Positions 1-10,145 of a stretch of DNA of 64,000 nt are shown in pieces; the stretch's first letter is position 1; every line of letters begins with the position of its first letter. The position numbers were made by a program, and so were the translations under genes. Under the pieces are notes generated by a model. It was not told the origin of the DNA, made no database searches, and saw nothing but the letters and a program-made list of their open reading frames with translations. The stretch is taken from assembly GCA_025358085.1 (NCBI GenBank), contig JANYKT010000122.1, positions 8,323 through 72,322 of the forward strand, given 5' to 3'. Source of the DNA: Deltaproteobacteria bacterium (GTDB taxonomy: Bacteria > Myxococcota > Myxococcia > Myxococcales > 40CM-4-68-19).

Positions 1-849
1 CCGCTCCTCGAGAAGTACGCACAGCTCGAGACACCGGCGGGGAACAAGCTGGTGGCTTCGGTCGAGGCCTCGCGCGGGTGCAAGCATCATTGCCGGCACT
101 GCCCGATCGTGCCTGTCTGGAAGGGCCGCTTCATCGCCCTCGACCGCGACTTGATCCTGGCGGACATCGCGCAGCAGGTCGAACGGGGTGCCCGCCACGT
201 CAGCTTCGGCGACCCCGATTTCCTCAACGGGCCCACGCATGCGCTGCGCCTCGCCCGCGAGCTGCACCAGCGCTGGCCGGCACTGACCTTCGATGCGACG
301 GTGAAGATCGAACACCTGCTGCAGCACCGCACGCTGCTGCCCGAGCTCTCCGCCAGCGGCTGTCTCTTCATCACCTCCGCCGTCGAGTCGCTGAATGACA
401 CCGTGCTGCGCGCGCTCGACAAGGGCCACAGCGCGCTGGACGTGCCGCTGGCGCTGGGGCTGGCGCGCGACGCCGGGTTCGATCTGCGGCCGACCTTCCT
501 GCCGTACACGCCGTGGACCGGGCTCGAAGACCTCGCCGCGCTGCTCGACTTCATCGCCGCGCACGAGCTGGAAGTCGAGCCGGTTCAATTGTCGCTGCGG
601 CTCTTGATTCCGCCCGGCTCGCGCATTCTTGAGGTCGCGGGGCCCTGGCTGGGCGCGCTCGATCCTGCTGAGTTTGGTTATCGCTGGACTCATATGGATC
701 CCCGCGTCGATGAGCAGCAGCGCGCGGTGGCGCAGGCGGTGCACGCGGGCGCGACGCTCGACGACCTGCGCGCGCTGCTCGGCGCTGCGCCCGCGAAAGC
801 GCGACCGCGCCGCAAGATCGCCCGGCTCACCGAGCCGTGGTTCTGTTGA
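1..849 (+). CDS. radical SAM domain protein, 5' end outside window
   Basis: Frame 1 is open from base 1 (PLLEKYAQLE...), so the Met at 52 is internal. It has the CxxxCxxC cluster motif CKHHCRHC. Stop at 847-849. Confidence 0.75.
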   Translation, partial: PLLEKYAQLETPAGNKLVASVEASRGCKHHCRHCPIVPVWKGRFIALDRDLILADIAQQVERGARHVSFGDPDFLNGPTHALRLARELHQRWPALTFDATVKIEHLLQHRTLLPELSASGCLFITSAVESLNDTVLRALDKGHSALDVPLALGLARDAGFDLRPTFLPYTPWTGLEDLAALLDFIAAHELEVEPVQLSLRLLIPPGSRILEVAGPWLGALDPAEFGYRWTHMDPRVDEQQRAVAQAVHAGATLDDLRALLGAAPAKARPRRKIARLTEPWFC

Positions 850-938
850 GCGGAGCCCACCGCCGGCCAGGTTGGCCTGCTCTCAAGTGTCCCGGCCGCT
901 GGTTGACCCTGAAGGGCTAAAAACGCTACCTACCGCCC

Positions 939-1838
939 ATGGCGCACCCTCCACAGTCCACCGCGCTCGCGCGCTATGAGCCCGAGCGGCCGCGCGGGCT
1001 GTTCGGCCGGGTCCGCTCGGCCATGGAGAAGTGGACCTATCGGCAGGGCGGTGCCGATCTGGAAGCGCGGCTGGCGAGGCTGGTCGCGCCCCAGAACGAA
1101 TACGGCGTCGATCCTTTCGGGCTGGAACTCGAATTCACCAAAGCTGCAATCGCGCCCGCACTCTGGCTCTACAAGAACTACTTTCGCGTCGAGTGCCACG
1201 GCATCGAGAACGTGCCCGCCGGCCGCGTCATGCTGCTCGCCAATCATTCAGGCCAGCTTCCCCTCGACGGCATGATGCTGGGCATTTCCATGCTGGTCGA
1301 GGCCGAGCCGCCGCGCGTCTGCCGCGCCATGGTGGAGAAGTGGGCGCCGACGTTGCCGTTCATCGCGCCATTCTTCGCGCGCGTCGGCCAGGTGGTCGGC
1401 ACCCCTGAGAACTGCCGCCGGCTGCTGGCGGCCGGGGAGACCATCATGGTCTTTCCGGAGGGGACGCGCGGACTCAACAAGACCTATGAAAAGAAGTATC
1501 AATTGCAGGAGTTCGGACTCGGCTTCATGCGGCTCGCGCTCGAGACGCAGACTCCCATCGTGCCGGTGGCGGTGGTAGGCGCCGAGGAACAGTCCCAGGC
1601 GCTCTGGGACTTCAAATCAGTCGCCAGGTTGCTGGGGCTTCCGGCGCTCCCGATTACGGCGACGGTCATCCCTTTTCCATTGCCGGTGAAGTATCACCTG
1701 CACTTCGGTGCTCCAATGAAGTTCACCGGCCGCCACGACGACGAGGACTCCGAGTTGGAGCGCAAGGTGCGCGAGGTGAAAGCGCAACTTCAATCAATGA
1801 TGGACCGTGGCGTGCAGAGCCGCAGGAGCATCTTCTAA
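939..1838 (+). CDS. lysophospholipid (1-acyl-sn-glycerol-3-phosphate) acyltransferase family protein
   Basis: Acyltransferase motifs NHSGQLPLD (HX4D) and FPEGTRG. 299 aa. Confidence 0.8.
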   Translation: MAHPPQSTALARYEPERPRGLFGRVRSAMEKWTYRQGGADLEARLARLVAPQNEYGVDPFGLELEFTKAAIAPALWLYKNYFRVECHGIENVPAGRVMLLANHSGQLPLDGMMLGISMLVEAEPPRVCRAMVEKWAPTLPFIAPFFARVGQVVGTPENCRRLLAAGETIMVFPEGTRGLNKTYEKKYQLQEFGLGFMRLALETQTPIVPVAVVGAEEQSQALWDFKSVARLLGLPALPITATVIPFPLPVKYHLHFGAPMKFTGRHDDEDSELERKVREVKAQLQSMMDRGVQSRRSIF

Positions 1839-1840
1839 TC

Positions 1841-2797
1841 GTGCGCGACGGCGTCCTCATCACCGGAATCAGTGGGAACCTTGGCCGCACGCTCGCCAAG
1901 GTGCTGCACCGCACCGAGCGCGTCATCGGCCTCGACCGGCGCCCGTTCCCGGGCAAGCCCAAAGACCTCGAGGTCCACCTCATTGATATCCGCAAGCGCA
2001 AGGTAGAGGACCTGTTCCGCAAGGGCGATATCAAGGCCTTGATTCATATGGCCATCGTCCACGACCCGCGCCTGGCCCAGGCCGAGCACCACAGCTTCAA
2101 TGTGCTGGGGACCAAGGCCGTATTGGAATATGCCTCGCGCTATGGTGTCGAGAAGGTGGTGGTGCTGAGCTCCACCAACGTCTATGGCCCGCAGCCGGAC
2201 AACGATAATTTCCTCACCGAGGAGTCGCCGCTCCTTGGCTCGCAGCGCTTCCCCGAGATCCGCGATCTGGTCGAAGTCGATATGTACGCGCAGCAATATA
2301 TGTGGAAGCACCCGAAGGTGGAGACCGCTATCGTGCGGCCGGTCCATATCGTGGGCCCGAACGTCAAGAACGCGCCATCAACTTATCTGCGACTCAAGTA
2401 TCCCTGGACGCTGGCCGGCTTTGACCCGATGGTGCAGCTGATTCACGAAGAGGATGTTGCGCTGGCTTTGTCGCTGGCGCTGAAGCCTGGCGTGCGCGGA
2501 CTCTTTAATCTCGTCGGACCTGGCGAGTTGCCGCTGTCCTCGGTGCTGCGCGAACTGGGCCGGCAGCCCATTCCGGTCCCTCACATGATCGCCCGGCCGT
2601 TGCTCAACAAGCTCTTTGACTATCGATTGGCGGGGTTTCCGGGGGCCGAGCTGGATCATTTGCAGTTTCTCTGCACGGTGGACGGCGGGCGGGCCGAGCG
2701 CGAGCTGGGCTTCCGGCCGGTCTATACGCTGCGTGAGACCATTCGCAGTGTGTTAGGCGAGGTAGCGCCGCGAGTGCAACGGACCACCGCGGCTTGA
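1841..2797 (+). CDS. NAD-dependent epimerase/dehydratase (extended SDR) family protein
   Basis: N-terminal Rossmann motif VLITGISGNLG. GTG start 3 nt after the upstream stop. 318 aa. Confidence 0.75.
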   Translation: MRDGVLITGISGNLGRTLAKVLHRTERVIGLDRRPFPGKPKDLEVHLIDIRKRKVEDLFRKGDIKALIHMAIVHDPRLAQAEHHSFNVLGTKAVLEYASRYGVEKVVVLSSTNVYGPQPDNDNFLTEESPLLGSQRFPEIRDLVEVDMYAQQYMWKHPKVETAIVRPVHIVGPNVKNAPSTYLRLKYPWTLAGFDPMVQLIHEEDVALALSLALKPGVRGLFNLVGPGELPLSSVLRELGRQPIPVPHMIARPLLNKLFDYRLAGFPGAELDHLQFLCTVDGGRAERELGFRPVYTLRETIRSVLGEVAPRVQRTTAA

Positions 2798-2849
2798 CGC
2801 AGGCAGGGGGATTCAAAGGCGAGTCGCAATCGCGGCAGTCTTTATCTCG

Positions 2850-3197
2850 ATGTCTGCACTGGGGCAGGACGCGGCCAAGGTCGCGCCCAACCAGTGCAAG
2901 GTGCGGACGGAAAACAAAGACGTTCGAGTCATCGAATTTACGCTGGCGCCGGGCGAGAAGGACAAGGTCCATACTCACCCGGCCGGCTGGTATTACGTCA
3001 CGAAGCCCGGGACGATGAAAATCCTCAACCTCGATACTGGCAAGACGGTGATGTGGGAAGCGAAGGAGGGCGAGGCCGGCTGGATGGAGGCAGAGGCGCC
3101 GCACCTTTCGGAGAACGTCGGCACCTCGCCTGTGGGCTTCATTCTGGTGGAAGTAAAGAGCGCGGCAAAGGCGGCGGAAAAGAAGCCCAAGGGTTGA
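2850..3197 (+). CDS. cupin domain protein
   Basis: 115 aa. The segment RVIEFTLAPGEKDKVHTHPAGWYYV resembles a cupin metal-binding strand pair. Confidence 0.5.
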   Translation: MSALGQDAAKVAPNQCKVRTENKDVRVIEFTLAPGEKDKVHTHPAGWYYVTKPGTMKILNLDTGKTVMWEAKEGEAGWMEAEAPHLSENVGTSPVGFILVEVKSAAKAAEKKPKG

Positions 3198-3261
3198 CGG
3201 CGCCGGCCGTTCGCCTGCGCGACTGGTCAATCGCAGGGAGCAGTCGTTAGAATCCAGCAAG

Positions 3262-4251
3262 ATGGATTTTCTGCTTGTACTCGAGGCCTATGAGGCCGGG
3301 TTGCGACTCGCGGTTTGCACCGCCTCGCTGCTGGCACGGGAGGCGAGTGAGCGCCACCACCTTGCCTCGGGCAGCGCGGCGGCGCTGGCGCAGGCGCTTC
3401 TGGGTGCGCTATTGATCGCCGGCACCGAGCGCGGGGACGGCCCGCGTGTCGATGTGCAGCTCGAGTGTGGCGGGCCGCTGCGGGGGCTGCTGGTCGATGC
3501 CGACGGTTCGGGCGCCGTGCGCGGCCTGGTGCGCGTCAACCAGCTCGACCGGCAGGGTTTGCGGGTTGAAATCGACTCAAACGTCGCCGCCGGTCGCGCC
3601 CGGAGTGAGGTCGAACTACCGGCTCCGCTCGAGCGGTTCGACGCCCGCCCGATCCTCTCGAGCGGCCTCGACGAGCCGGCCGGACTGCTCTCGGTGATCC
3701 GCGCCCAGCCGGGCACAGAGACATTGCACCGCGCGGCTTTCCCCTTCGCGGGCGCGGATCTGGGCGCGGCGTTGACGCTCTTTTTGCGTAGCGACCGGCC
3801 GCTCGGGGGCGAGCTGTCGCTCGAAGTGCTGCACCGGAAGGGCGAGCCGCTCGCGGCGGTGGCGGGCGCGCTCCTCTGGCCAGCGGCGCAGGCTCAGGAG
3901 GAATCTGACGAGCGGGCGCGGTCCCTGGGCAAGCCGCTGCGGCAAACGGCGCTGCACCAATCGATGCGGAAGGCCGATGGCAAAAACGCCCACGCGCTCG
4001 CGCAGGAGCTTGCGCGCGAGCTCTCGCTGGGGCCGCTGCGGCTGGTCACCGAGGTGCGCCCGCGCTTTGCCTGCCGGTGCAGCCGCGACCGGGTGGTGCG
4101 CGCGCTTCGCACGCTGGGCGCGGCCGAGCTCAAGGACATGGCTGCGCGCGACGGTGGCGCCGAGGCCACTTGCGACTTCTGCATGGCGACCTACCGCATT
4201 GGTGCAGCGGAGCTTCTTGAGCTCGCCGGCGAAGGCTTGCAGCCGTCCTGA
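3262..4251 (+). CDS. hslO: Hsp33 family redox-regulated chaperone
   Basis: C-terminal zinc centre CRCSRD...(27 aa)...CDFC, characteristic of Hsp33. 329 aa. Confidence 0.8.
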   Translation: MDFLLVLEAYEAGLRLAVCTASLLAREASERHHLASGSAAALAQALLGALLIAGTERGDGPRVDVQLECGGPLRGLLVDADGSGAVRGLVRVNQLDRQGLRVEIDSNVAAGRARSEVELPAPLERFDARPILSSGLDEPAGLLSVIRAQPGTETLHRAAFPFAGADLGAALTLFLRSDRPLGGELSLEVLHRKGEPLAAVAGALLWPAAQAQEESDERARSLGKPLRQTALHQSMRKADGKNAHALAQELARELSLGPLRLVTEVRPRFACRCSRDRVVRALRTLGAAELKDMAARDGGAEATCDFCMATYRIGAAELLELAGEGLQPS

Positions 4252-4276
4252 TCGGTCGGCGATCCCAGGATGACCC

Positions 4277-4855
4277 TCAGTCGGTGCGGGCCTTGAGCTC
4301 GCTTTTGAGGCGCTTTACCGCGTGGTGGAAATTCACCTTCGCATTCACTTCGGTGATGCCGAGAGTCTGCGCGATCTCGGCAAAGGGCAGGTCGCCGTCG
4401 ATGCGCAGCAGCAGCACCTCGCGCTGGCGACGCGGCAGCCGGGCGATGGCCGCGCGCAGCTCTTTTTGCTGCTCCGCGGTCTCCAGCCGCGCATGCGCGT
4501 CTGCCTCGGTGGGCGCGGCTTCCTGATCCTGTGCGCCCTCGCTGCGGTCGAAGCGCGCGTTGTCGCGGACGTGGTTCTTCGAGAGATTGACGACGATGCG
4601 AAAGAGCCACGACTTGAACGATCCGCCGAGCCAGCCGCTCGCGCGCTGCGCTGCATTGATGAAGGCGCGCTGGGCTAAATCCTCGGCGTCGTCGCTGTCG
4701 GCGCTGAACCGCCGCGCGATTGAAAGCACCGGCCGCTGATAGCGGCGGACCAGCACCTCAAAAGCGCGCGTATCGCCGCCGCGAAAGGCGTCGAGCAAGT
4801 CTGAATCGCTGGGTTCGGGCGCGTCGCTCATTGGACGAGGTTCCATTCCTAGCAT
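4277..4855 (-). CDS. ECF-type RNA polymerase sigma-70 factor
   Basis: Region 2 (FEVLVRRYQRPVLSIARRF, FKSWLFRIVVN) and region 4 HTH (LPRRQREVLLLRIDGDLPFAEIAQTLGITEVNAKVNFHHAVKRL). Confidence 0.85.
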   Translation of the reverse strand: MLGMEPRPMSDAPEPSDSDLLDAFRGGDTRAFEVLVRRYQRPVLSIARRFSADSDDAEDLAQRAFINAAQRASGWLGGSFKSWLFRIVVNLSKNHVRDNARFDRSEGAQDQEAAPTEADAHARLETAEQQKELRAAIARLPRRQREVLLLRIDGDLPFAEIAQTLGITEVNAKVNFHHAVKRLKSELKARTD

Positions 4856-4909
4856 TGACGCGCCCCGAGGTGAGGACTAGATCGCCGTTCACTTTTTCAG
4901 GAGGCGAGT

Positions 4910-6193
4910 TTGCTCGATCTGCGCTGGGTGGTGGCCAATCTCGACGAGGCGAAGAATCGCCTCGGCTCCCGCAACGACGCAGCCGCAAGCGCGCTCGCAC
5001 CCATCGAGGCGCTCGCCAAGGAGCGGCGCGAGCTCATCCTCGCCTCCGAGACCCAGCGCGCCGAACAGAAGAAGGCCTCCGAGCAGATGCGCACCTTGAA
5101 AGGTGAGGAGCAGGCGCACTTGCGCGCGCAACTCAAGGTGCTCAGCGACGAAATCAAGGAGAAGGAGGTCCGGCTCAAGGACGTGGAGTTGCAAATCGAG
5201 ACGGCGCTGTTGAACGTGCCGAACCTGCCGCACGCGAGCGTGCCACTCGGGCACTCGGAGAAGGAGAACCAGGAGGTCCGGCAGTGGGGCGAGAAGCCGG
5301 TGCTCGACTTCAAGCCCCTGGAGCACACCGAGCTTGGGGAGAAGTTGGGCCTGCTCGACTTCGAGCGCGCCGGCAAGGTCTCGGGAGCCCGCTTTGCCTT
5401 CTTGCTGGGAGACCTCGCGCGGTTGGAGCGTGCGGTGGTGTCGTTCTTTTGCGATTCCGCGCGCGCGCGGGGATATCTCGAGTTGGCGCCGCCTTATATG
5501 GTCAATGCCGACTCGATGCGCGGCACCGGGCAGCTGCCGAAGTTCGAGGAAGATCTCTTCAAGACGACCAATGGATACTATTTGATCCCGACGGCGGAAG
5601 TGCCAGTCACCAACTATCACCGCGACGAGATCATCGAGACGCCGCGGCGGTATTACGCCTTCTCTCCCTGTTTCCGCAGCGAAGCCGGGAGCTATGGAAA
5701 GGATACCAAGGGGCTCATTCGCCAGCACCAGTTCCACAAGGTCGAGTTGGTGCGCTTCGAGGACGCCGAGCGCTCGCAGGCCGCTCTGGAGGAGCTGGTT
5801 GAAGATGCGCAGGAGCCTTTAAAGCAATTGGGCCTTCACCACCGCGTCATGCTGCTCTGCTCGGGCGATATGGGTTTCTCGGCCGAGAAGACTTACGATC
5901 TCGAGGTCTGGCTGCCGGGGCAGAATCTCTATCGCGAGATCTCGTCTTGTTCGGCTTTCGGCGATTACCAGGCGCGGCGCGCGCAGATCCGCCACCGGCC
6001 GGGAGGGGCGGGCGCGGGATCTAAAGACAACAAGCCGCGCTTCGTCCATACCCTCAATGGCTCAGGCCTCGCGGTCGGCCGCACCGTCGTCGCGCTGCTC
6101 GAGAACGGCCAGCAGGCGGACGGTACCGTTGTATTGCCGCCCGCCATCCGCCCTTATCTCGGGGGCCTCTCGCGCCTCGTCCCTCTGGCCTGA
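4910..6193 (+). CDS. serS: seryl-tRNA synthetase
   Basis: N-terminal coiled-coil tRNA-binding arm plus class II core (GTGQLPKFEEDLF, FRSEAGSYGKDTKGLIRQHQFHKVE). TTG start preceded by AGGAGG. Confidence 0.95.
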   Translation: MLDLRWVVANLDEAKNRLGSRNDAAASALAPIEALAKERRELILASETQRAEQKKASEQMRTLKGEEQAHLRAQLKVLSDEIKEKEVRLKDVELQIETALLNVPNLPHASVPLGHSEKENQEVRQWGEKPVLDFKPLEHTELGEKLGLLDFERAGKVSGARFAFLLGDLARLERAVVSFFCDSARARGYLELAPPYMVNADSMRGTGQLPKFEEDLFKTTNGYYLIPTAEVPVTNYHRDEIIETPRRYYAFSPCFRSEAGSYGKDTKGLIRQHQFHKVELVRFEDAERSQAALEELVEDAQEPLKQLGLHHRVMLLCSGDMGFSAEKTYDLEVWLPGQNLYREISSCSAFGDYQARRAQIRHRPGGAGAGSKDNKPRFVHTLNGSGLAVGRTVVALLENGQQADGTVVLPPAIRPYLGGLSRLVPLA

Positions 6194-6634
6194 CGCAAGG
6201 TCTCACGGGAACAGACCACAACTGGCTCAGTGGCCGCGGGCTGCCAGCAGCGCGAGCGCGAGTCGCCGGCTTGTCGATGGACCTCGATTAGTACCGACTA
6301 GTATTGATTAGTACCGCCGGCCTCGGCCATTCCTCGCCGCGATCAAGGACGGCGAAAGTGATCGTAGCGAGTTGCGTGCTGCCGCATCCCGTAAGTCGGC
6401 GAAGTCCCACGCCGCGGCCGCGGGTCTGCAACCCTGATCGGATCCCGGCAGGTTTCGATCCGGGAGGCATGGCTCCGCCCGGCACGTTGACGATATCCTT
6501 GAAAAAGCGAACTCGGCATGTCCGGTACCGCAGCCGGATCCCGACAAGGTTTGCGCCGTGGCGTCATGGATCAATGCCGTCGCGCTCACACTCCGGGATC
6601 GGTTCGGGTGAGGCTGAAGCACCAGCGTCAGAAG

Positions 6635-7498
6635 TCAGTAACGCTCGGTTGGGGCGGGCAGGACGACGATCGAGGCCTGGCTGATGAAGCCACCCGAGGC
6701 CGCCACGATACGGGCTCGACCCGGAGCGTGAGCGGAAAGAACCCCGGTCAGCGAATTGATGGTCGCGATACCGGCGGGCACCACCGACCAGGTGACGGCG
6801 CGCCCCTCGGGTACCGTGGTCACGCTCAATTGGCGAACTTCGCCGATGTGGAACGCAGCCGTTGCGGCCAGGACATTCAACGCCGTAGTTGGAACTAGCG
6901 TCGCGGCGGTCCCCAGCCTCTCGATCGGGGCAGTCACCACATTCGAGGCGACGTCCAGATTGGAGCCTTGCAGCCGCGTCCATTGACCGTCGACAACCAT
7001 GTGGACCGCGAGCCGCCCGTGGCCAGTCTTGTTGGGAAGATCGCCAATCGCGTGGGCGAGGGACAGCGTCGCGGGAATCGCGAAGGTGACGCCTTCCGGC
7101 CCCAGATCGTACGCGTGACTCACGTAGCCCGTGGTCCAGGGTGGCGCTATCGCGGGCCCGATTCTCAGGGAGGTGTTCCTGGCCAGCGCTGCAGGAGGAA
7201 TGGTCAGCTTGAAGTTTCCATCCATGGTGGCGATGGTCGCGCCCTCGGGTCCGGCCTCTACCGTCCCTCCCTTTGGCGGCAGGCAGTGCGTGATCTTCGC
7301 GCCGAGGTGCCTGCAGGCGGGATCTACCGCGTCGAGCCCTTCGAGGTGGTCGTCTTGCATCTGCTGCTCCCGGTCCCAGTCGTTGGCGACGAGGCTCGCG
7401 GTCGACAGTGCGGGTTCGCGCAATGGCGTCCGCTGCACCTTGTTGCATCCCCAGGTAGCGCAGAGTGCTGCGATGACAACGGTCCGATGATTTTGCAT
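6635..7498 (-). CDS. lipoprotein with C-terminal bacterial Ig-like (Big_2-type) domain
   Basis: Lipobox-like IAALCATWGC near the N-terminus. The C-terminal segment VRQLSVTTVPEGRAVTWSVVPAGIATINSLTGVLSAHAPGRARIVAAS resembles Big_2. Confidence 0.6.
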   Translation of the reverse strand: MQNHRTVVIAALCATWGCNKVQRTPLREPALSTASLVANDWDREQQMQDDHLEGLDAVDPACRHLGAKITHCLPPKGGTVEAGPEGATIATMDGNFKLTIPPAALARNTSLRIGPAIAPPWTTGYVSHAYDLGPEGVTFAIPATLSLAHAIGDLPNKTGHGRLAVHMVVDGQWTRLQGSNLDVASNVVTAPIERLGTAATLVPTTALNVLAATAAFHIGEVRQLSVTTVPEGRAVTWSVVPAGIATINSLTGVLSAHAPGRARIVAASGGFISQASIVVLPAPTERY

Positions 7499-7764
7499 GA
7501 CGCTGACCTTCTTGCTGAATAAGTCCCTGACCTGGGCTGCATGAGGCCGACGCCCCGCGAGCGCGAGGCGGCGTCAATCGGGCGCAACCCGCTGGGACGA
7601 CGCGGAACGCACCAGAAAGATCCCGGCGTAAGAGCGCTGGTCCGCGGCGGTATTGCCGCGGCTCATTCATGCCCTGATGTGTATTGAGCGGGACCGACCC
7701 CCGCCGGTCCTGTGCACGGCCCCCCGGCCCCACACTTGATTACACGGTTACCCTATTCGCCCAA

Positions 7765-8052
7765 TTAAATCGTGTCAAGCCCGCGGGCAGGTCCCGCGAG
7801 TGCGCGGTCGATGAGCAGTCCTGCGTCCTCGTTCTTCGCTTGTGGGTCGATCCTCTCGGTCGCTCTACTGCTTGTTGATTGCCTATACGATTCCCCGGTG
7901 CAGACGCCGCCGTCACGGGCCCAGACCGGAACCCCGGGCGAGGAAGGCTTCTGCCATTTCAATTCCTCCTGGATATCGGCGTCGGCGTCGTGAATGAGTT
8001 GGCGGAGCCTGGCGAGCGTCTCGCCTCTCCAGTCCCCCAGATCTTGAATCCT
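7765..8052 (-). pseudogene. possible DUF1801/YdhG-like gene remnant
   Basis: The minus-strand frame reads DWRGETLARLRQLIHDADADIQEELKWQKPSSPGVPVWARDGGVCTGESY, which matches the family pattern as I remember it. The frame opens right after a TAA with no start codon and the N-terminal about 20 aa are missing. Confidence 0.3.
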
Positions 8053-8141
8053 TTAAATGATCTCACGGGTTCAGGCAGCAACTGCCGCAGTGGCGGCGGG
8101 AGTCACGCGCAGCAATAAGCACTCTTGGTCAGAGCCCAACG

Positions 8142-8768
8142 TCACCGCGGTCCGGGCGGCTGGCGCGCGGCCCGCGGGCGCCAGAGCGGATAGTCGAGCC
8201 CAGCCAGCCGATTGATCGCGATGGCCTGCAGCACCAAAAGGAGCAGCGCCGCCTCGATGACGACCAGGTGTGAAGGCTTCGCGATGGCGCCCAGCGAGAT
8301 GATGAGTGTGGTCGCCCCGGCTGGCGGGTGTGCTGCTTTGAAGAGGATCATCAATGCTCCGGTGGCAGCCAGCGACAGCGCGGCTGCCAGCACGCGGCGG
8401 CCGTCGACGCCGAGCGCGAGCGCGGAGCCCGCATGCTCCAGATTGAAGAGCAACAGCGAGCCATAGCCACAGACAATCCCGATGGCGTGTCCGACCATCG
8501 CGTGGTGTGGAGAGGCGCTGGGCGCTTTTGGATCGAAGAAGAAGAGAAACGCAGTCGGGCCGAGGGAGGGAAAGACGAACGGGACCCCCGTCGCCAGCGC
8601 CACCAGAGAGAGCAGGGCGATGGTAGTGAATCCATTCACGAACATGAATGCCGCCCAGACTTTCCGCTCGTCGAAGTGACGCAGCAAAAACTGGACGCGC
8701 AGCCGCTCCGCGATGCCGCGGACGACGTGCGCCTCGAAGAGCCCCCGGCGATTGGTTTCATCAGGCAT
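8142..8768 (-). CDS. HPP family membrane protein
   Basis: Polytopic protein with the signature HPPAGATTLI. ATG at 8768 lies 2 nt after the upstream stop (the longer ORF to 8810 overlaps the upstream gene). Confidence 0.75.
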   Translation of the reverse strand: MPDETNRRGLFEAHVVRGIAERLRVQFLLRHFDERKVWAAFMFVNGFTTIALLSLVALATGVPFVFPSLGPTAFLFFFDPKAPSASPHHAMVGHAIGIVCGYGSLLLFNLEHAGSALALGVDGRRVLAAALSLAATGALMILFKAAHPPAGATTLIISLGAIAKPSHLVVIEAALLLLVLQAIAINRLAGLDYPLWRPRAARQPPGPR

Positions 8769-9000
8769 CGGGGTCCACGCGCCGCCGGCGCCGGTCGAAG
8801 TCGAGGACATACCAGAGCAGGCTTACGTTGAAGGCGAAGAGGACCAGCGAGGCCACCGAAGCAGGCACCGCGACCCGCGCCTGCGCGCTCATTGCCGCGT
8901 CCAGCGCGGCCGAGATGAGCCAAAGCTGGATGATGAGCAGCAGCGCAATGAGCAGGCAGATGGCAGTGAAGAGCGTCGTGCCCTGGCGGCCGGTTTCCAA
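8761..9000 (-). CDS. small two-helix membrane protein of the molybdoenzyme operon
   Basis: 79 aa with two hydrophobic helices. It directly abuts the Rieske gene stop (9001). Confidence 0.5.
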   Translation of the reverse strand: METGRQGTTLFTAICLLIALLLIIQLWLISAALDAAMSAQARVAVPASVASLVLFAFNVSLLWYVLDFDRRRRRVDPDA

Positions 9001-9537
9001 TCAGACCTCCACGCCGACTGCATAGGTGCCATTCAAAGTCTCATTGAGCAGGATGCGCGGCAGCCGGCGCGTCGGAGGTCCCGAGTTGGGCCGCCCATCG
9101 ATGCAATCAAAGTGGCCCTCGTGGCAGGGGCAATCCAACTCGCGCGAGCCGGGACGGTGGACCACCGCGCAGGAGAGGTGCGTGCAGACTTGCGAGTACG
9201 CCGCCAGCCGGTCGTTCTCGAGGCGCACGAGGATGCAAGGGTCTTCCTCGGAGGGATAGCGAAAGAGCAGCGACGCTCCCCGCGCGAGCCCCTCGGCGCC
9301 GTCGATGCGGAGAGGCGGCATCGGGCCGCTCGGCCGCAGGCGATCGCCCAGCAGCGCTACGCCGACAGTGGCCGCGGCGATGGTCCCTGAGCCGAGCGTG
9401 AGGAACTTCGCCAGCTCACGCCGGGTCACGTAATGATCCTCTTCCCAGCGGATGGGAAAGTCGCGCTTCCAATGCGGCGTCTCGGCCGGCTCGACAGCCT
9501 TTGCAGCCACCGGGCCGTCATTAAGCGGCTTGCTCAC
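9001..9537 (-). CDS. Rieske [2Fe-2S] protein with N-terminal membrane anchor
   Basis: Rieske motifs CTH...CPCH ([26 protein letters not shown]) and the anchor [26 protein letters not shown]. The GTG at 9537 overlaps the upstream stop as GTGA, and the longer ORF to 9765 overlaps the ferredoxin gene. Confidence 0.8.
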   Translation of the reverse strand: MSKPLNDGPVAAKAVEPAETPHWKRDFPIRWEEDHYVTRRELAKFLTLGSGTIAAATVGVALLGDRLRPSGPMPPLRIDGAEGLARGASLLFRYPSEEDPCILVRLENDRLAAYSQVCTHLSCAVVHRPGSRELDCPCHEGHFDCIDGRPNSGPPTRRLPRILLNETLNGTYAVGVEV

Positions 9538-10145
9538 GCCCCCTCCAGCATCGCCGCCACGTCGAACGGGTCGTGCCTGCTCCCGCCCAGCTGAACCAGA
9601 TCCGGCCGAACCTCGCGCGTCCCCCGCGGCACCACCACGAAGACCTTGGTCTCCACCACTTCCGCGCCGAACACCCAGCGATTGATTGCGGTGCCCTGCC
9701 GGGTGCGCCCGATCTCCTCGAGCGTGGTGAACGCCAGCGCCTGCGAAGGGCAGACGGTCGCGCACATGGGCTTCTTTCCCGCGCTGGTGCGGTCATAGCA
9801 ATAGTCGCACTTCATCATCTGATCGATCTTGCCGTAATAGTTCGGCACGCCGAAGGGGCAGGCCAGCACGCAATTGGAACAGCCGATACAGCGCGGCTTG
9901 AGCGCACTCTGCGTGACGCCCTCGGGAGTCTGCTTGATGGCGTCCGCCGGACAGACGCGCGCACAGACAGGGTCTTTGCAATGCATACAGACTTGCGGCG
10001 CGGTCTGGACGCTGTCGTGCTCGTCAATGCGCTCGAGGTGAATCATCGACACGCCGCGATGCGTATCGCACTCCTCGCAGGCCTGCACGCAAGCGCGGCA
10101 GCCGATGCAGCGCGAGGAGTCGATGAAGAACGCGAGCTCGCTCAA
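9534..10145 (-). CDS. 4Fe-4S dicluster (four-cluster, DmsB/FdhB/NrfC-type) ferredoxin subunit
   Basis: Several CxxCxxCxxxC(P) groups ([41 protein letters not shown]...CATVCP). 4-nt overlap with the catalytic subunit gene. Confidence 0.85.
   Translation of the reverse strand: MSELAFFIDSSRCIGCRACVQACEECDTHRGVSMIHLERIDEHDSVQTAPQVCMHCKDPVCARVCPADAIKQTPEGVTQSALKPRCIGCSNCVLACPFGVPNYYGKIDQMMKCDYCYDRTSAGKKPMCATVCPSQALAFTTLEEIGRTRQGTAINRWVFGAEVVETKVFVVVPRGTREVRPDLVQLGGSRHDPFDVAAMLEGA

Noticed and set aside
6194-6634. Unassigned 440-bp gap downstream of serS with gattagtacc repeated twice. It was checked for a small RNA, an IS end or a gene fragment.
   Set aside because: There is no convincing secondary structure, no inverted-repeat partner and no protein-like frame. 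It is left unannotated.
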